Assembly (NCBI GenBank): GCA_002633005.1
Contig: NMRA01000521.1
Location: forward strand, 109,348 to 173,347
DNA from: Phoronis australis
Lineage: Eukaryota; Animalia; Phoronida
Length of the DNA stretch: 64,000 bases
Reading direction: 5' to 3'
Part shown: positions 12,601-24,173 of the stretch, one piece after another
How the letters are laid out: every line of letters starts with the position of its first letter
How positions within the stretch are numbered: the stretch's first letter is position 1
Notes under the pieces: generated by a model
The model's input: the letters and a program-made list of their open reading frames with translations, nothing else
The model's database searches: none
What the model was told of the DNA's origin: nothing
Position numbers and translations under genes: made by a program

Positions 12601-15421
12601 GCTGTATGCCGCAAGGGATTACGCTTGTGACGGATGCTATGAACCAATGGTTGCAGGGGCCTCAGAATTTGCCTTCATTACTATTCCTTTACTGAACATA
12701 GTGGAAATGGCTATTAACGAAGGCACTCTGTTCAAGATGGCTGGACCTGTGTTCTTACGCGGGAAGAAATCGTCATACAAAACTAAGCCTCCGGAAGAGA
12801 TACAGGATTTCAAAGAACTAATGTCTATCTTTGGACGACATCTCCATCTCCAAATTGTTAACTCGTGTTTGTTTATGCTTCAGAACTACGGAAACATGTG
12901 GAAGGTACAGGAGATGTTATTTACTTAAGTCGGTTAACTTAATGAGCGAAAATGACAGGAGAGCTTTCAGCTCCAGATACACTTTCAAGCGAACTACAAT
13001 TAGTCTAATAATGTCCACAGCAACAAGCTGACAATGTGTCACGTGACGAAAATGTGAAAAATGTATACCATACCTATATATCTAACCGTATTTAGTTCGA
13101 ATGGCGGTTCCATATATTTAGGATGATTCATTCCAAATAGGTAATTAACAGTTTTTCATGAACGTTATGCCGATTGAAAACAGGATCTTACTTTCTCTTG
13201 GACAGCTGAAATTACACTTGCTCATACTCTGTGAACAATTTCCCATTTCCCTCTCTGCACTTGTGAAGCAAATTGTAAACAGCATTATAAACACACAAAT
13301 TTAAATAGTGGCTATATTTCGAGGTCATGAAAGCATGTGAAGCCATTATTTTAAGTTGTTTTCTTGTAATGTCTTTGAAAGTCCTTTAAAGTGCACACTG
13401 GAAGACCGGAAAGTGTACAGACAGCATGAGCGAGTGTATATCAAGCTATCCAACAGAAAATACAGTTGTGTTTTCAATCATATGTACGTCAAAACCAAAA
13501 TATATTTGTCTGTAAAATAAACAAGAATGTTTAATATCTTTTTCTGGATACACACCTATATTTTTTTCTTTAAAGTGGTGCCCTTCTTCACTTTTGTCAA
13601 CCATCATCAAAGGATGCAAAGAAACTGGAAGAGACTTGTCAAACGGAGGTGCACTTTACCATATTCTGGCCATAATGTTCGTGGGTGCCTCGAACGCTAT
13701 TGATTCTCTGTATCGCATTAAAAAAATGGTTTTTGATCCTTGCACAGCTATTACTGATCTCGTAGACCTCGTTAATTGTCTAAAGGTACGTACTGTTCCG
13801 TGTTGTGTGTAACTGTCGGTTGTCAAATGGGACATATTTGTCGGTGTACTAGCCTATGGCTAATGTTTTCTCGTTGTTTGACCAACCGACTATAAATAAA
13901 ATGACCTGAATTGGTCATAGATGTTTAAATTGTTCGATTTCACGCTGTTGGGGTATACCGGAAAACAACCTTAACAAAGCCCCTTTCCCCAGCACAGACT
14001 AGACGTTCATGTATCATGAATAAAACGCATATTCGGGCTGGGATTAACATTTTTCATCTAAAACGGAAGAAACTTGTTAAGTATTGACTTTTTATTTAGT
14101 TGGAAATACAAGTTAATTAAAACAGAAGTGGGCTATTACGTCCAAGCTAGAACCACAGACGGTTTATTCTTTTTAATGTAAGTAAGAATTTGCGTTAAAT
14201 TATCGAGCATACTCGTAGGTTTCATCCGTCTAGTGATATGCAGAGAAGGCTTTCGTGAGAAAAGATCTTAGCAATGTGTTTGTCGATAAAGTACTACATG
14301 ACTGAATCGTTGGTACATGGGCTGCACAGCACTGAAAAATGTGGGAGTATACCCCTTCCCCCAGCCCCCTATGTTGCGCTACGCACGTGGTACAGTAATT
14401 TTTAACTCTGCCAAAATCCGTTAAACCTAAGTGCATGATATACATGTACGTCTTACTAGAACTATTTAGCAGTTTGGTCAAACACTTGTCGAAATTTGGT
14501 AGTTCTTTTAGACGAAAAACATTCATGCATGCGTTGCTATTCACTGAGTCATCGTTGTCTTGTATAATTCGAACACTATCGTATTTAGTTACACAAGGCT
14601 TCTTCGCAGTGGCTAGCAATCATAGTATTTGGTACTGAAAAGAGAAACATAACGATACATGTGTATGTGTTACCGAAAACAGTGATGAACAATGAGCTGA
14701 GGTGTACGGGGATTTCCGAAGGGTAAGCCAATGTGCCAAAACTTTCAGGCGTCTTAGTAACACCAAAAAGACAACCGTGCGTTTATTCGGGGAAGTCTGA
14801 TGTGTAAACGAAAAGTCATATTTTCTTATTTTTACTGAAAACAGGTTTTTTTTTAATTTTTTGTTAGTTCGTCAACACTTTGTTCGTTTTCACGAAAGAT
14901 AAATGCGCCACAAAATTAAACTTATAACTAAAAGTTGACTCTGAATGAGCTTTTAAGAGGAAGTTTTCCAGATGAGCCCTCCACTTTCTGGACACTTGAT
15001 ACCTGAAGTTGTAACCATCGAATAAAAGCTTATCGGCGTTTATTTGTCATAATTTTTCGAATAAACGCCCATGGGCGTTTCATCGGGTGGAGTTATCCAC
15101 GTAAAAAAGGTTTCGTTTTAAACCTGACAAGTTATCCTTGCATATGTATTTAAGTGTGACTGGGGATACGACATGAAGGAGCCTATGCAAGACATTAGAG
15201 CTGGAACAACAAGGTCTGTGGCCCATGGAGAGAAATACAAGAGATATCGACAAGTGGCCATGTCTTTCCCTAGGTTCGGGGAGGGAGTTGAAGATATCGA
15301 TCAGCTGGGACATGAATTGATGAAGATGGTCTACGACGAAGTGAGAAACGTTGTAAACTGCGCACCAGTCAAGGTAACTCTCACCGAGTCCCGTTTAGAT
15401 CAGTACTAGCTGTATGGATAA

Positions 15422-15486
<65 letters not shown>

Positions 15487-17221
15487 TTCATAATCGATAA
15501 AGTCTAGGAAGTCTGATGCAAAAATACACAGAAACATAGATGGCAAAATCACAAACGCAAGACACTATGTACATGAATGTGCGATGCGCAGCCGTAGGCA
15601 ACGTTTATAACGGGAACAGTGGGTGCGGAATTGTTGTTTGCTAACAATTTGCATTGCTTTCCACTAATCAAATTAAATAAGAACCATTTTCGAGAGTCGG
15701 ACGCGAACTAATTTTGGTCGATTACGTGAGCCGACCTGTCGCGCGGTTGGTGCCTTCACACTTGTTGCACCTCTTGGCTAAGGGCATGAACCTGCACCCT
15801 CTTTTGTTACAGACTCGAATGGAAAAACTGCGGCAAGAGTTCAACCTGTCTGGCTTCATCTTCACCCCTGGTACTGGTACGTTCGAAGGTTACGTAGGTG
15901 CAGGTTTGGACAACGGCGCGTCAGCTGATGGACGTCGAAGTGGTCAGCCGATTTGTTCAGATTTCAGTCCAAGCCCTAATCCACAAGACCTTGCGGCAGC
16001 TCCCATCTCGAGATATATATACAAGTAGGTAAAACCTTCTGACTATTGGCCCGTTACTTTTTGTTCATTTGTTGGTGCCACATGCATTGTAGTCAGTGTG
16101 ACGCATATTTCAAATGACTCGCAATAGATAAAAGGAATAGTGCAACTGTCCTTATACGAAATCTTCCGAAAGAAGTGAACGGCTCGAGAGGGCAATGGCA
16201 AACTTCTGCGAGCATGAACAATATGCGGTTGCAAGGTTGGTCTGTCCGCGCGCAAAGTGATATATATCCGCAAAAGGTGAAAACTGGTTCGGGAGGCGAA
16301 ATATGGGTCCTCACCGATGGAACATCGTGTTCTCCTAAAAATGTACCAAAAAGAATTAGAAATGTTTGAATCTGATTATTCTGCTGTTTTTTCCTCGATT
16401 TTGGCAATACATAAAGGAAGCCTCGTCATCTAACCAACTGCGGAAGGTGTTAAACTGCTTATACATGTACATGGCTTTGCAGTGGCTTAAAAAGCTGGAA
16501 CACTGAAGTGATCAACAGAGGATTCAGCAACGGCGCTCCAGTGGATCTGAACATAACAGAAAGAACCTCTCAAAATTTCCTGGAGACGTTCATAAAGGAC
16601 TTTGCTAATGAAAGAAATGGGATTGGTTCCAACCTGCTCACTCGTAAGTGGGTTGACACTTAAATAGGCCAGAGGCTTTCGCACTGTTCTCTCCTCAATT
16701 ATTTTCGGTCCAAAATGATTTACAACAGCTAATCTGGTAATTTCCCGAAATGGTTTTTAAAGCAAATTAGACCTTACTAATCACCGTGTGAGTTCCTACT
16801 CTTCTCCAGTTAACAAAACATCCGAAGCCAATTGTAGTGATTTCTAGCTACGTAATTGCATTGGCATCTCACTATCTCATTATATTTTATACACTATCAG
16901 AATGCTAACTCACACCCGCCTTACCTTCAGGCTTCTGAAGCTGCACTGTCTTTCATTGTTGCAGTATCCTGTCACGATCCAGATACTCTGACTGCCGCAC
17001 GTGACGACCCTGAACGCTACGAACTCGTTCGCTGCAGACAAGGTGGCTGGACAGAGTACTTCTCAATTATGTTCCCTGAGCATCAAAAGCATCACCAGAG
17101 AAGAATCTACTTCGACGGCATCAAACGGGATGTGGGCAAAAGCAGACACCTACGCACAAAGCTGCAGTACAGAGATGACGGGGAGGACGTGGAAGATGAT
17201 ATAGTGGACGCACTATTCTAA
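2165..17221 (+). CDS. Multi-exon gene encoding a DyP-type heme peroxidase / glycyl radical enzyme (PFL-like superfamily) fusion protein, about 1,250 aa; 5' end uncertain
   Basis: Hand-assembled GT-AG exons with matching phases: 2165-2323, 3180-3274, 3662-3860, 4204-4345, 5601-5785, 6391-6615, 7558-7754 (alternative acceptor 7564), 8597-8840, 9254-9547, 10709-10894, 11098-11245, 11910-12208, 12596-12904, 13576-13785, 15155-15373, 15813-16024, 16483-16643, 16965-17221 (TAA). Total 3741 nt = 1247 codons including stop, with no internal stop seen. DyP motifs in the first six exons, GRE motifs in the rest. Confidence 0.9.
6218..6280. repeat. 31-bp direct tandem duplication in an intron
   Basis: atcctgaagtacattcacagggatttaatca occurs twice in succession (6218, 6249). 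Confidence 0.9.
7558..17221 (+). other. Linker plus glycyl radical enzyme domain (PFL-like barrel and Gly-radical C-terminal domain)
   Basis: IFPDEIIVG; GHVVPDHGELVTKG; FYNSALSSLEGV; PPVTFTDAVQ; LGRLDQILLPF; QVTLGG; NDLTLMFLKA; GGAHPIIFND; Cys loop ARDYACDGCYEP (Cys codon 12635-12637); GCKETGRDLSNGGALY; SNAIDSLYRIKKMVFD; PRFGEG; GASADGRRSGQPICSDFSP; DTLTAARDDPERYELVRCRQGGWTEYF (putative radical Gly 17045-17047). Confidence 0.92.
15424..15483. repeat. (TA)n microsatellite in an intron of the DyP-GRE gene
   Basis: About 30 uninterrupted TA units. Confidence 0.97.
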
Positions 17222-19655
17222 TCCCTTGCACGAAAAGCCGATTTCTAAGTTGAAACGGCTTTATTCTGATCTTAGATTTGTATTTTTTCTGTGTAGGATT
17301 CCGTCGTTTACGCTTTAGGATACTTACTAGCGTTAATGTAAACTGGTTTTCTTTGCTTGAATTTTTTGGTGTGACACAGCTTTAAATTCATGTTTAAATA
17401 ATGTATGGAGTTTTCCAATTTCTACTGTGTTTTTTTCGTAGTGCAAATCTGCAAAATGCTCTCAGAAATTATTTTTCCGTGACTACCGACTGAACAAAAG
17501 TATCTCTGGTAAATGTAAGAGTTCATGTGAAAATTACCTCTCAAAGTGGTGACTGAAATCTCTTTGAATACGGGATAATTCCCATGTACGATGCACATGT
17601 ACGCTTTAAAGTTACACGGATTTAGTATTTCTAATTTACTGCTTGCCATAAATTAACATTAGTCCAGTGTTTTTTTGTTTTTTTTTAGCTTCTGAGTATC
17701 TCGATTATTGGCTTCTTCACAAATGTTTACATCATAATTTTTTGTTACGCTATCCTAAATCTGACTAACGGTTAATTCCCCTGCAATATTCTCTAGAATT
17801 CTACTGCGTACAAAATACACCCTCACTTGCCTGACCCAAGCGTCGATCAAACGGGAGACCTAACAAGTCATGAGGGCAAATGGAAAATTGCAGTTAGTCA
17901 CTCCAAAAGCGTTACGAACTCTGATTTTTTTCTCAGGATCAGAAACTTTCGCTCAGTCACAAGTTATTCTTTCAACAGATGGTTAACGTGAAGTGATTTT
18001 TTAGGTTTTGTGACAAACGTACGTAACTTCATGTTGCCAAAATAAGTCACGATTACTGTTTAACTCGGCATTAGTGAGCACTTTACCACCAGGTCGTGAT
18101 TCGAGCGTTGCTCTTCATATGTCGCTCCCGCCGTGGTAAGATGCGTGCAGATGAAATACTCTGAGATACATGTACGCCATGCAATTTTGTTGAAAACCTG
18201 TTGTTTGCGAACCACCACACCACTCGGTTTCGACATATTTTTGCCGTGCCAAACGCCTGGTAGTTCTTTTTGCTTCCGGTAAAAGTACGATTATGAGGGA
18301 ATTGTGACAGTCCGTTGTATTTCATTCATATTTATAAAGTTTTATGAACTCTTCGAAATGAAAACTTTGTCCAAGCATTTAATGGAAGATATATGTTTCA
18401 TGTTTCAATTCTCTGTATGCTTGAATGCGTGCGAAGATGTAATTCAAAACGTGCAACTCAGAACCGTGAAGGACGTCTCTTTCCTATACAGTTGTGTAGA
18501 AAAATAATTTGCGAGTGACTTTGAAATGATGTGTTATTTATGCATCCTGGACACAACGATGGCCGCTTATTTCTAGAGAACTTGGAGTCCGTCAGGGTTT
18601 TATATTTTTATAAAATTAAACAGACCTGAGATCGTGATTACAAGTCAAAAAGTGAAGGATGTGAATGAGGACGAAAACAAGAAATTAAAGGGATATCAAA
18701 CTCAGTTTATGGGATAATAGGAGGTGGTTAAACTCATCAAAACAGGCTTTAGTATCCCTTTAACAGCTCTATGTATGTGGGTCACAGGTGGCTTCAGTGG
18801 CAGGGCTCTGCGCCTGGTTGAATGAAACATGATAATGGTTTGATCTGAATTACGGCTTTTGATCTTGCTTTCTGAAACTTGGCCAAATGTTTTGCGCGCG
18901 TTTTTTTTAAGTGAAAAACTTAGTTTAACAACTAATGCACACAATTAAAAGTACTTGGCTGACGAACTTTTATTTCATGTCAATGTCATTGAGTTCGTAC
19001 ATGGGTTTCTGTATAAATTGATCTTACTCTAATAAACAAATAAACATATTGGGGCATGAAAATCATATTCTGTTCAACCTCCAGCTTTTGGCTAGAAAGT
19101 ATTTAAGTTTATACCTATGCATTCTAGACTAGGCTTTTTGACGGAAACCAAAAAAGAGAGTCGAGAAGGTAATATGCTATCTGAAATCTAATAGATTGTT
19201 GTTTTGAGAAAAGGCGTGAATTTGCGAAACATCACTGAAAGACTTCGTCAAGAGATGTTTACACACATATTAAACGCATACGCACAAACACACGCACACA
19301 CGCAAACACTCACAGTCACACACGAACCATAAACAAAATAAAACCATAAACTCCTGCCTTTGGAATGCCAGAGGTAATCGTGAAGTACTTATTACGAATG
19401 TCAAAATGGTTTCTCATTGAAACGTTTTCAACAATAACGTTATAAAGGTATTTGACTTTACCATAATTGACTGCGGGTTTGTTTAAAAGGTACATATCGT
19501 GCTATTGTCACACTTGTGTATTTTGATACTGAAATGCGCTTCATGTGTAATTTAAAAGTATATAAATTCACGAATTCAAGTAAAATGCATTCAGTCTATA
19601 TCGTCAGTTTGCCTTATGGTGAATCACGCGCTATCACGCACTGGTAAAGGTGCTA

Positions 19656-20119
19656 CTATTGATTGATCGTGTTACCATCTTTCGCACCATTTGTAGCCGG
19701 TAAGACTTCATTTCCTATGCTATACTGCGTGTCGTTACCTGTTTGGTTCACTTTATGATAGCCGTTGGTTTCATCAGCCAACTTTCCACTTTCTGTTTTG
19801 TCTGTTATGCATGCAGTCTGAAGACTCTTGGAATAAGCTAGTTTTATTGAACTTCCAACCGGACCGCTTAATGTCTTGTTAAGGCTCTGATCTATGTGTG
19901 TAGTGATCTTACTCATCAGCGCTTCTTTGGTTTTACTTCTTTCGTCTAACATCAGTTTTAGATCGCCCATTTCGAGCAACAAAAGGTCCATATCTTTCTC
20001 AAGTCGTATTCGCCTTTTCGTGTGCTGACTATGGTTCAAGATACACAATATCAACAATGCCAATGTCATCATTAAGAGCAGTGCTATGATGATAGCTTCG
20101 GTAATGATGCTCCTTTCAT
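19656..20119 (-). CDS. Terminal exon of a single-pass membrane protein (TM helix plus cytoplasmic tail)
   Basis: ttttcag| acceptor at 20120, phase 1. IITEAIIIALLLMMTLALLILCIL is followed by basic HTKRRIR and about 125 aa of tail to the stop. May be the last exon of the SUEL/kringle gene further right. Confidence 0.65.
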
Positions 20120-22799
20120 CTGAAAATGTAAAAGCATACGTACTATTACTTAACAAAACATCATTTCCATGAACGTACATCCCCTGACCGTGATTTTCCA
20201 TTATAGACAATAGCCCTTTTGAATGACATGTCATTTCAGTTTGTATCAAACTGCAAATTCCCAGCTCAAGATACACCTGTAATTGCATGTTCTTGTCAGC
20301 CAACAAAACACGACATGTAATAAGAGGTTCTTCGGTTTATTTTTTCGGTATTCTGAAGAAAGTAATCTCTGTATATTGGTTAAATCACATTACTCTGCGA
20401 TAGAAACTATAGGTTTGGTTAATATTTTAGAGGAAGAGTTTGTTACTGTTTTCAACGCGGCGTAGGATCATGCTAAAATCAGATTATCTAGAACTTAGCG
20501 AGAGACTCAAAATGTAGTGAATGTCCTATTCCGTTCATTTCTCGGAGTGCTAAATATTGGCCAGTACAAGGATACAGGTTTTGACCCAGGGCACCCGGAA
20601 AGACTGACGTCAATGCATGTATGTGCCGCCATTAGAGAGTTTCCACAGAAACAAGAACGGAGGTAGACACACGATATCTGGAACGTTTACATCGTAATAC
20701 AACTGAAAGTTAATGAAATTCAAACAATGTTCAAACAGCTGTTAAAAGGTCATTCTTGAGACGAGGAGTGAAATTTGGAGTTTTAAATTGTGCACATGCT
20801 TTTGGTTACCTTACAAATATCATTTCTATCTGGCGTGCAAAATTGTATTCTGCATATGATGGGGTTTTGAATCTCACAGTAAACATGCACAGTACACAAA
20901 ATTAATGTTCTAATTAAGAAAAAGGTTTACTTGCATTTGATCTTAATGGTACCACACAACAACCTACAAATTGTGTTATAAAGTAGAAATTTTATTGGAA
21001 TTTGATCATGCAGTGTTGTACCTACCGTGAGTGACACCCGTGACGAAGACTCGTGGTGTCACCCCTCACCCACTCAGCCCCAACTTGGTTTAAGAATTTA
21101 GAAAGTCATATGGCGTGAAACACAAAATGCAAAATTTACTGTGGTTCATAATACAAATGCTGCTGGTACATGTACAAGGCTTTAAAGGCATTGTAACACT
21201 AGACCAAGGCTCACTTGTAAGCCTCTGGACCTAGAGACATAGTGCCCGGTTGCATGAAACAGTACGGTCCCAAAAAGTGTCCCCATTAAGTTCACTAATT
21301 CTTTTGCTATTTTTTCGTTCTTCGCTCACAGATGCAATATTGTTTCGGTTAGTTTACCTTTATTATGAGCTCTTCTTTGTCTAAATGATATTTTCTTATA
21401 AGATAACTAAAAACTGAGACGTTTTTTTTCAATAGTACATGTAATTCAACGTAGAGTTCCCTCTCAATTTGTATGAAAGCCAAACATTGTCTTATCTGAT
21501 TCAATGAATCTCAAACAACATCAGATAGGACAGTGTTTTCCCATTCCCAAAAATACGCAGTAGATTTAGGATTCCATCAGGCTTTTTTCCCAAATAAACG
21601 TACTGGGCGTATCTGCGGAAAATTTTCATTATGGACAGGACTCAACTTTGTTAGGCCATCGTGTGTTAAGGACTCGGTGGCGAACAATTCTAACACCAAC
21701 CCGGGAAAATGGTGTGGAATTTGATGGCCCCTACTTTATGTATTATGCTGTCCAAATGAAATTTTCAGCTGACAGTTATTTTTCTTTGGTCTTTCCACTT
21801 CAAAGTTCCTGATTCATGCGTTTTGTAGATTGCAGTTGCTGCTTCATTTCATGCCATTCTTTTCTCACTTGAATGAATTCAGCTTCAAGGTCGAACACTT
21901 TGCTTCCCATAACCTCCATTGTTTCATTTTTGTTTTATGATGCCAAGCAAATCCTATCTCTCGTTTGTAAACACAGCATAGCTGGGAAAGGTCACTACTG
22001 TCGCCATTTTCAGTAGTGGGGCTGTTGGTGTTGATTTTGCATTCTCCGCCTCTGGTTTCAGACATGTTCGGCTTTCTTGGATGATTGAACTTCAGTATCT
22101 TTCGCAGTTGAATGCTAGAGGCGATAGTTTAAAGAGGAAATTGCGTCGGAATTTTGTTCACACACGTCTCTTTTCTGTCAATAAATTGTTCGCTGTAAAC
22201 GCAACGTTCCTTCTTTGGTTTGAATCGCATTGTTTTCTTTTCCTGGTTGTGAAAGTTAAAATACACTTGGAGATCGCCTAGAGGAGATTGTGCTAAGCGG
22301 AGTCAGCGTTTTTCTTCCGCTTTCCTGGAATGCGTTGCTCGAACCACAACCGATTCCATACATGTTGCTGAATTTATTGCACATAACGTTAACTAGTCGT
22401 GTTGTAAAGTGTCTCATTCTGTTTGCAATACATTGTCCGCAGTGAAAGATATTCTGGGTTGTATGTCAGTTTACCTGAAAACTGCACCATTCACAAGAGT
22501 AACACATTACTGGTACACCTGAGTTTTCCTTACACAACACGACATTTAATTGTCCAGAATTTCCACAGAATAAGAACAAGAAAACCACGAAACCGTTTCA
22601 GGGAAGTCATAAAATAACTAAATTTTGTCGTTTGCACCAACTAGACCGGTATCCCAGAGCTTTTTGAGCCTGAAAATATATTAAGCAATTTTGTTTGGTA
22701 CCACTGTGGTCGATGGGTTTCCTCATGCTTGGAAATGACCGTCTGGCAGGTTCGCTCTGGTAGTTGTGGTCAGAGGAGTCAAGAGAAGATCACTCAAAA

Positions 22800-23440
22800 T
22801 TTGAGCTAGATCAACTTTTCTGGTAACCACTTCAAACTGCCTTCGATACCTACTACGTAATCCACGGTATCAACATTGGTCATTGCCAGACAATTTCAGT
22901 GGTGGAGAGTAGCAGCCAGACAGTTATAAACAAGGTAAAAAATTGAGCTCGATCAATCCAGGAGGTAAGCGATAGAAACCAGTTGCAAAACATTCACAAT
23001 GAGCCCTGTTATCACGAATAAACACAGCCACACAAATATAGTGGTGGGTTAGCCCCGCCAGACACGCCAAATACCTGAGTTGAGCTAGATCGAAGTACCC
23101 ACTAGCTGACCGTATGAACCAATTGTACGATGTTCAGCATCACTGCACATAGCACAACAGTAAGATGCCAGACAATTTCAGCGGTGGGGTGTGCCTGCCA
23201 GACGACTAAACAAATGACTAAAATTTGAGGTAAATCAACTCAAGAGGTAACCTCATGAAACCAGTTGCAAAATATTCTACGTAAGCCCATGCATCATGAA
23301 TAAACACTGCGAGACAAGTCACGGGTTAGTCCCGCCACACTCGACCAAATGCATGTATCTGAGTTGGACCAGATTTATCCGCCAGGTAACCGTTTGAAAC
23401 CATTTGCATAATGTCGAGCAACATTCTGCATGCAAAAAAA
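22800..23440. repeat. Degenerate satellite, about 140-bp monomers in an about 282-bp dimer
   Basis: ttgagctagatcaa-like motif recurs near 22801, 22943, 23080, 23225, 23363. tgccagacaatttcag at 22884 and 23166; gaaaccagttgcaaaa repeats at similar spacing. Confidence 0.75.
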
Positions 23441-23546
23441 GGTTCATTTCCGGCCGTGGGGCAGTAGCATGCAGAGATCTGGTTGATGCAGGGGTGACTT
23501 TTTATCGATCGCCTCTCTCTCTCAACTCAAGAATATATATCCTATT

Positions 23547-23735
23547 CAGGCCCGTAGCCAGCACTGAGCGGGGGGGGGGGCTGGTTCGTTCAAATTACAT
23601 GAACGGTGGACCTTAGATATTTTGCCAACGTCGACACTAAAGAATTTTCGGCAAGGCTTTTACTGCAGCTTAATTAGGTGGACGGGAAATCTGTGTACAC
23701 AACGATGACTTTCAGTTCTATGTTCATGAGATGAG
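23547..23735 (+). mobile_element. Non-autonomous DNA transposon (MITE-like) end fragment, copy 1
   Basis: Starts caggcccgtagccagca...gaacggtggacctt...aacgtcgacact...tacacaacgatgact; a diverged copy lies at 63213-63410. Confidence 0.65.
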
Positions 23736-24029
23736 ACGGAATTTGTAATACCAGAATTGACGATTCTCTGACGGTTGCTCGCATAGAACGGGACACAAAT
23801 TAGGATGTGATTTGGTCCAGAAAGAGAACGTTCTCGCATTATCTCCAACCAAAGTTTCGAATATCAGCCATGCTTAAATGACTCATCACACCTCATTCCA
23901 TACTCAGACGGAAACATGAAGATTAGTCGGCGAATGACTTAATTGACAATTTTTTTCTGGCTGCTTTTAGCGTGTTATTTAAGTTGCTTACCTCGCTGGG
24001 AATTAGAACAGCCCACCATTTCGAGGGTT

Positions 24030-24147
24030 TGTTGAGTAGTTAGTTATGTAACTGTTAGGTGGCGCTAGTGGAGGGAGTTGGAATAAAGATGGCTTCCGTC
24101 TAAGACTGTGTTTATTTTATCACATACAAAATCCGTCAACATCAACT
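24030..24147 (+). repeat. 5' LTR
   Basis: tgttgagtag...catcaact, identical to 28651-28768, contains AATAAA. Confidence 0.95.
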
Positions 24148-24165
24148 TGGTGTCAGGAGTGGGAT
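24148..24165 (+). promoter_or_regulatory. Primer-binding site complementary to the tRNA-Leu 3' end
   Basis: TGGTGTCAGGAGTGGGAT directly after the LTR; reverse complement of ...ATCCCACTCCTGACA-CCA of metazoan tRNA-Leu(CAG) as I recall it. Confidence 0.85.
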
Positions 24166-24173
24166 CGCGAAAA

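Noticed and set aside
2165-17221. Bacterial contamination as the source of the DyP and GRE motifs
   Set aside because: The coding sequence is split by at least 17 spliceosomal GT-AG introns with consistent phases and is contiguous with eukaryotic repeats and exons.
8597-17221. Annotation as pyruvate formate-lyase (pflB) or CutC
   Set aside because: No adjacent CC motif, and both Cys and Gly loops differ from characterised enzymes, so no gene symbol is assigned.
20120-20306. N-terminal part of the 216-aa ORF 19656-20306
   Set aside because: Lies upstream of a strong polypyrimidine/AG acceptor and is probably intron read-through.
24108-24173. ORF-track start of gag-pol at 24108
   Set aside because: Falls inside the LTR/PBS; the ATG at 24174 is the plausible start.
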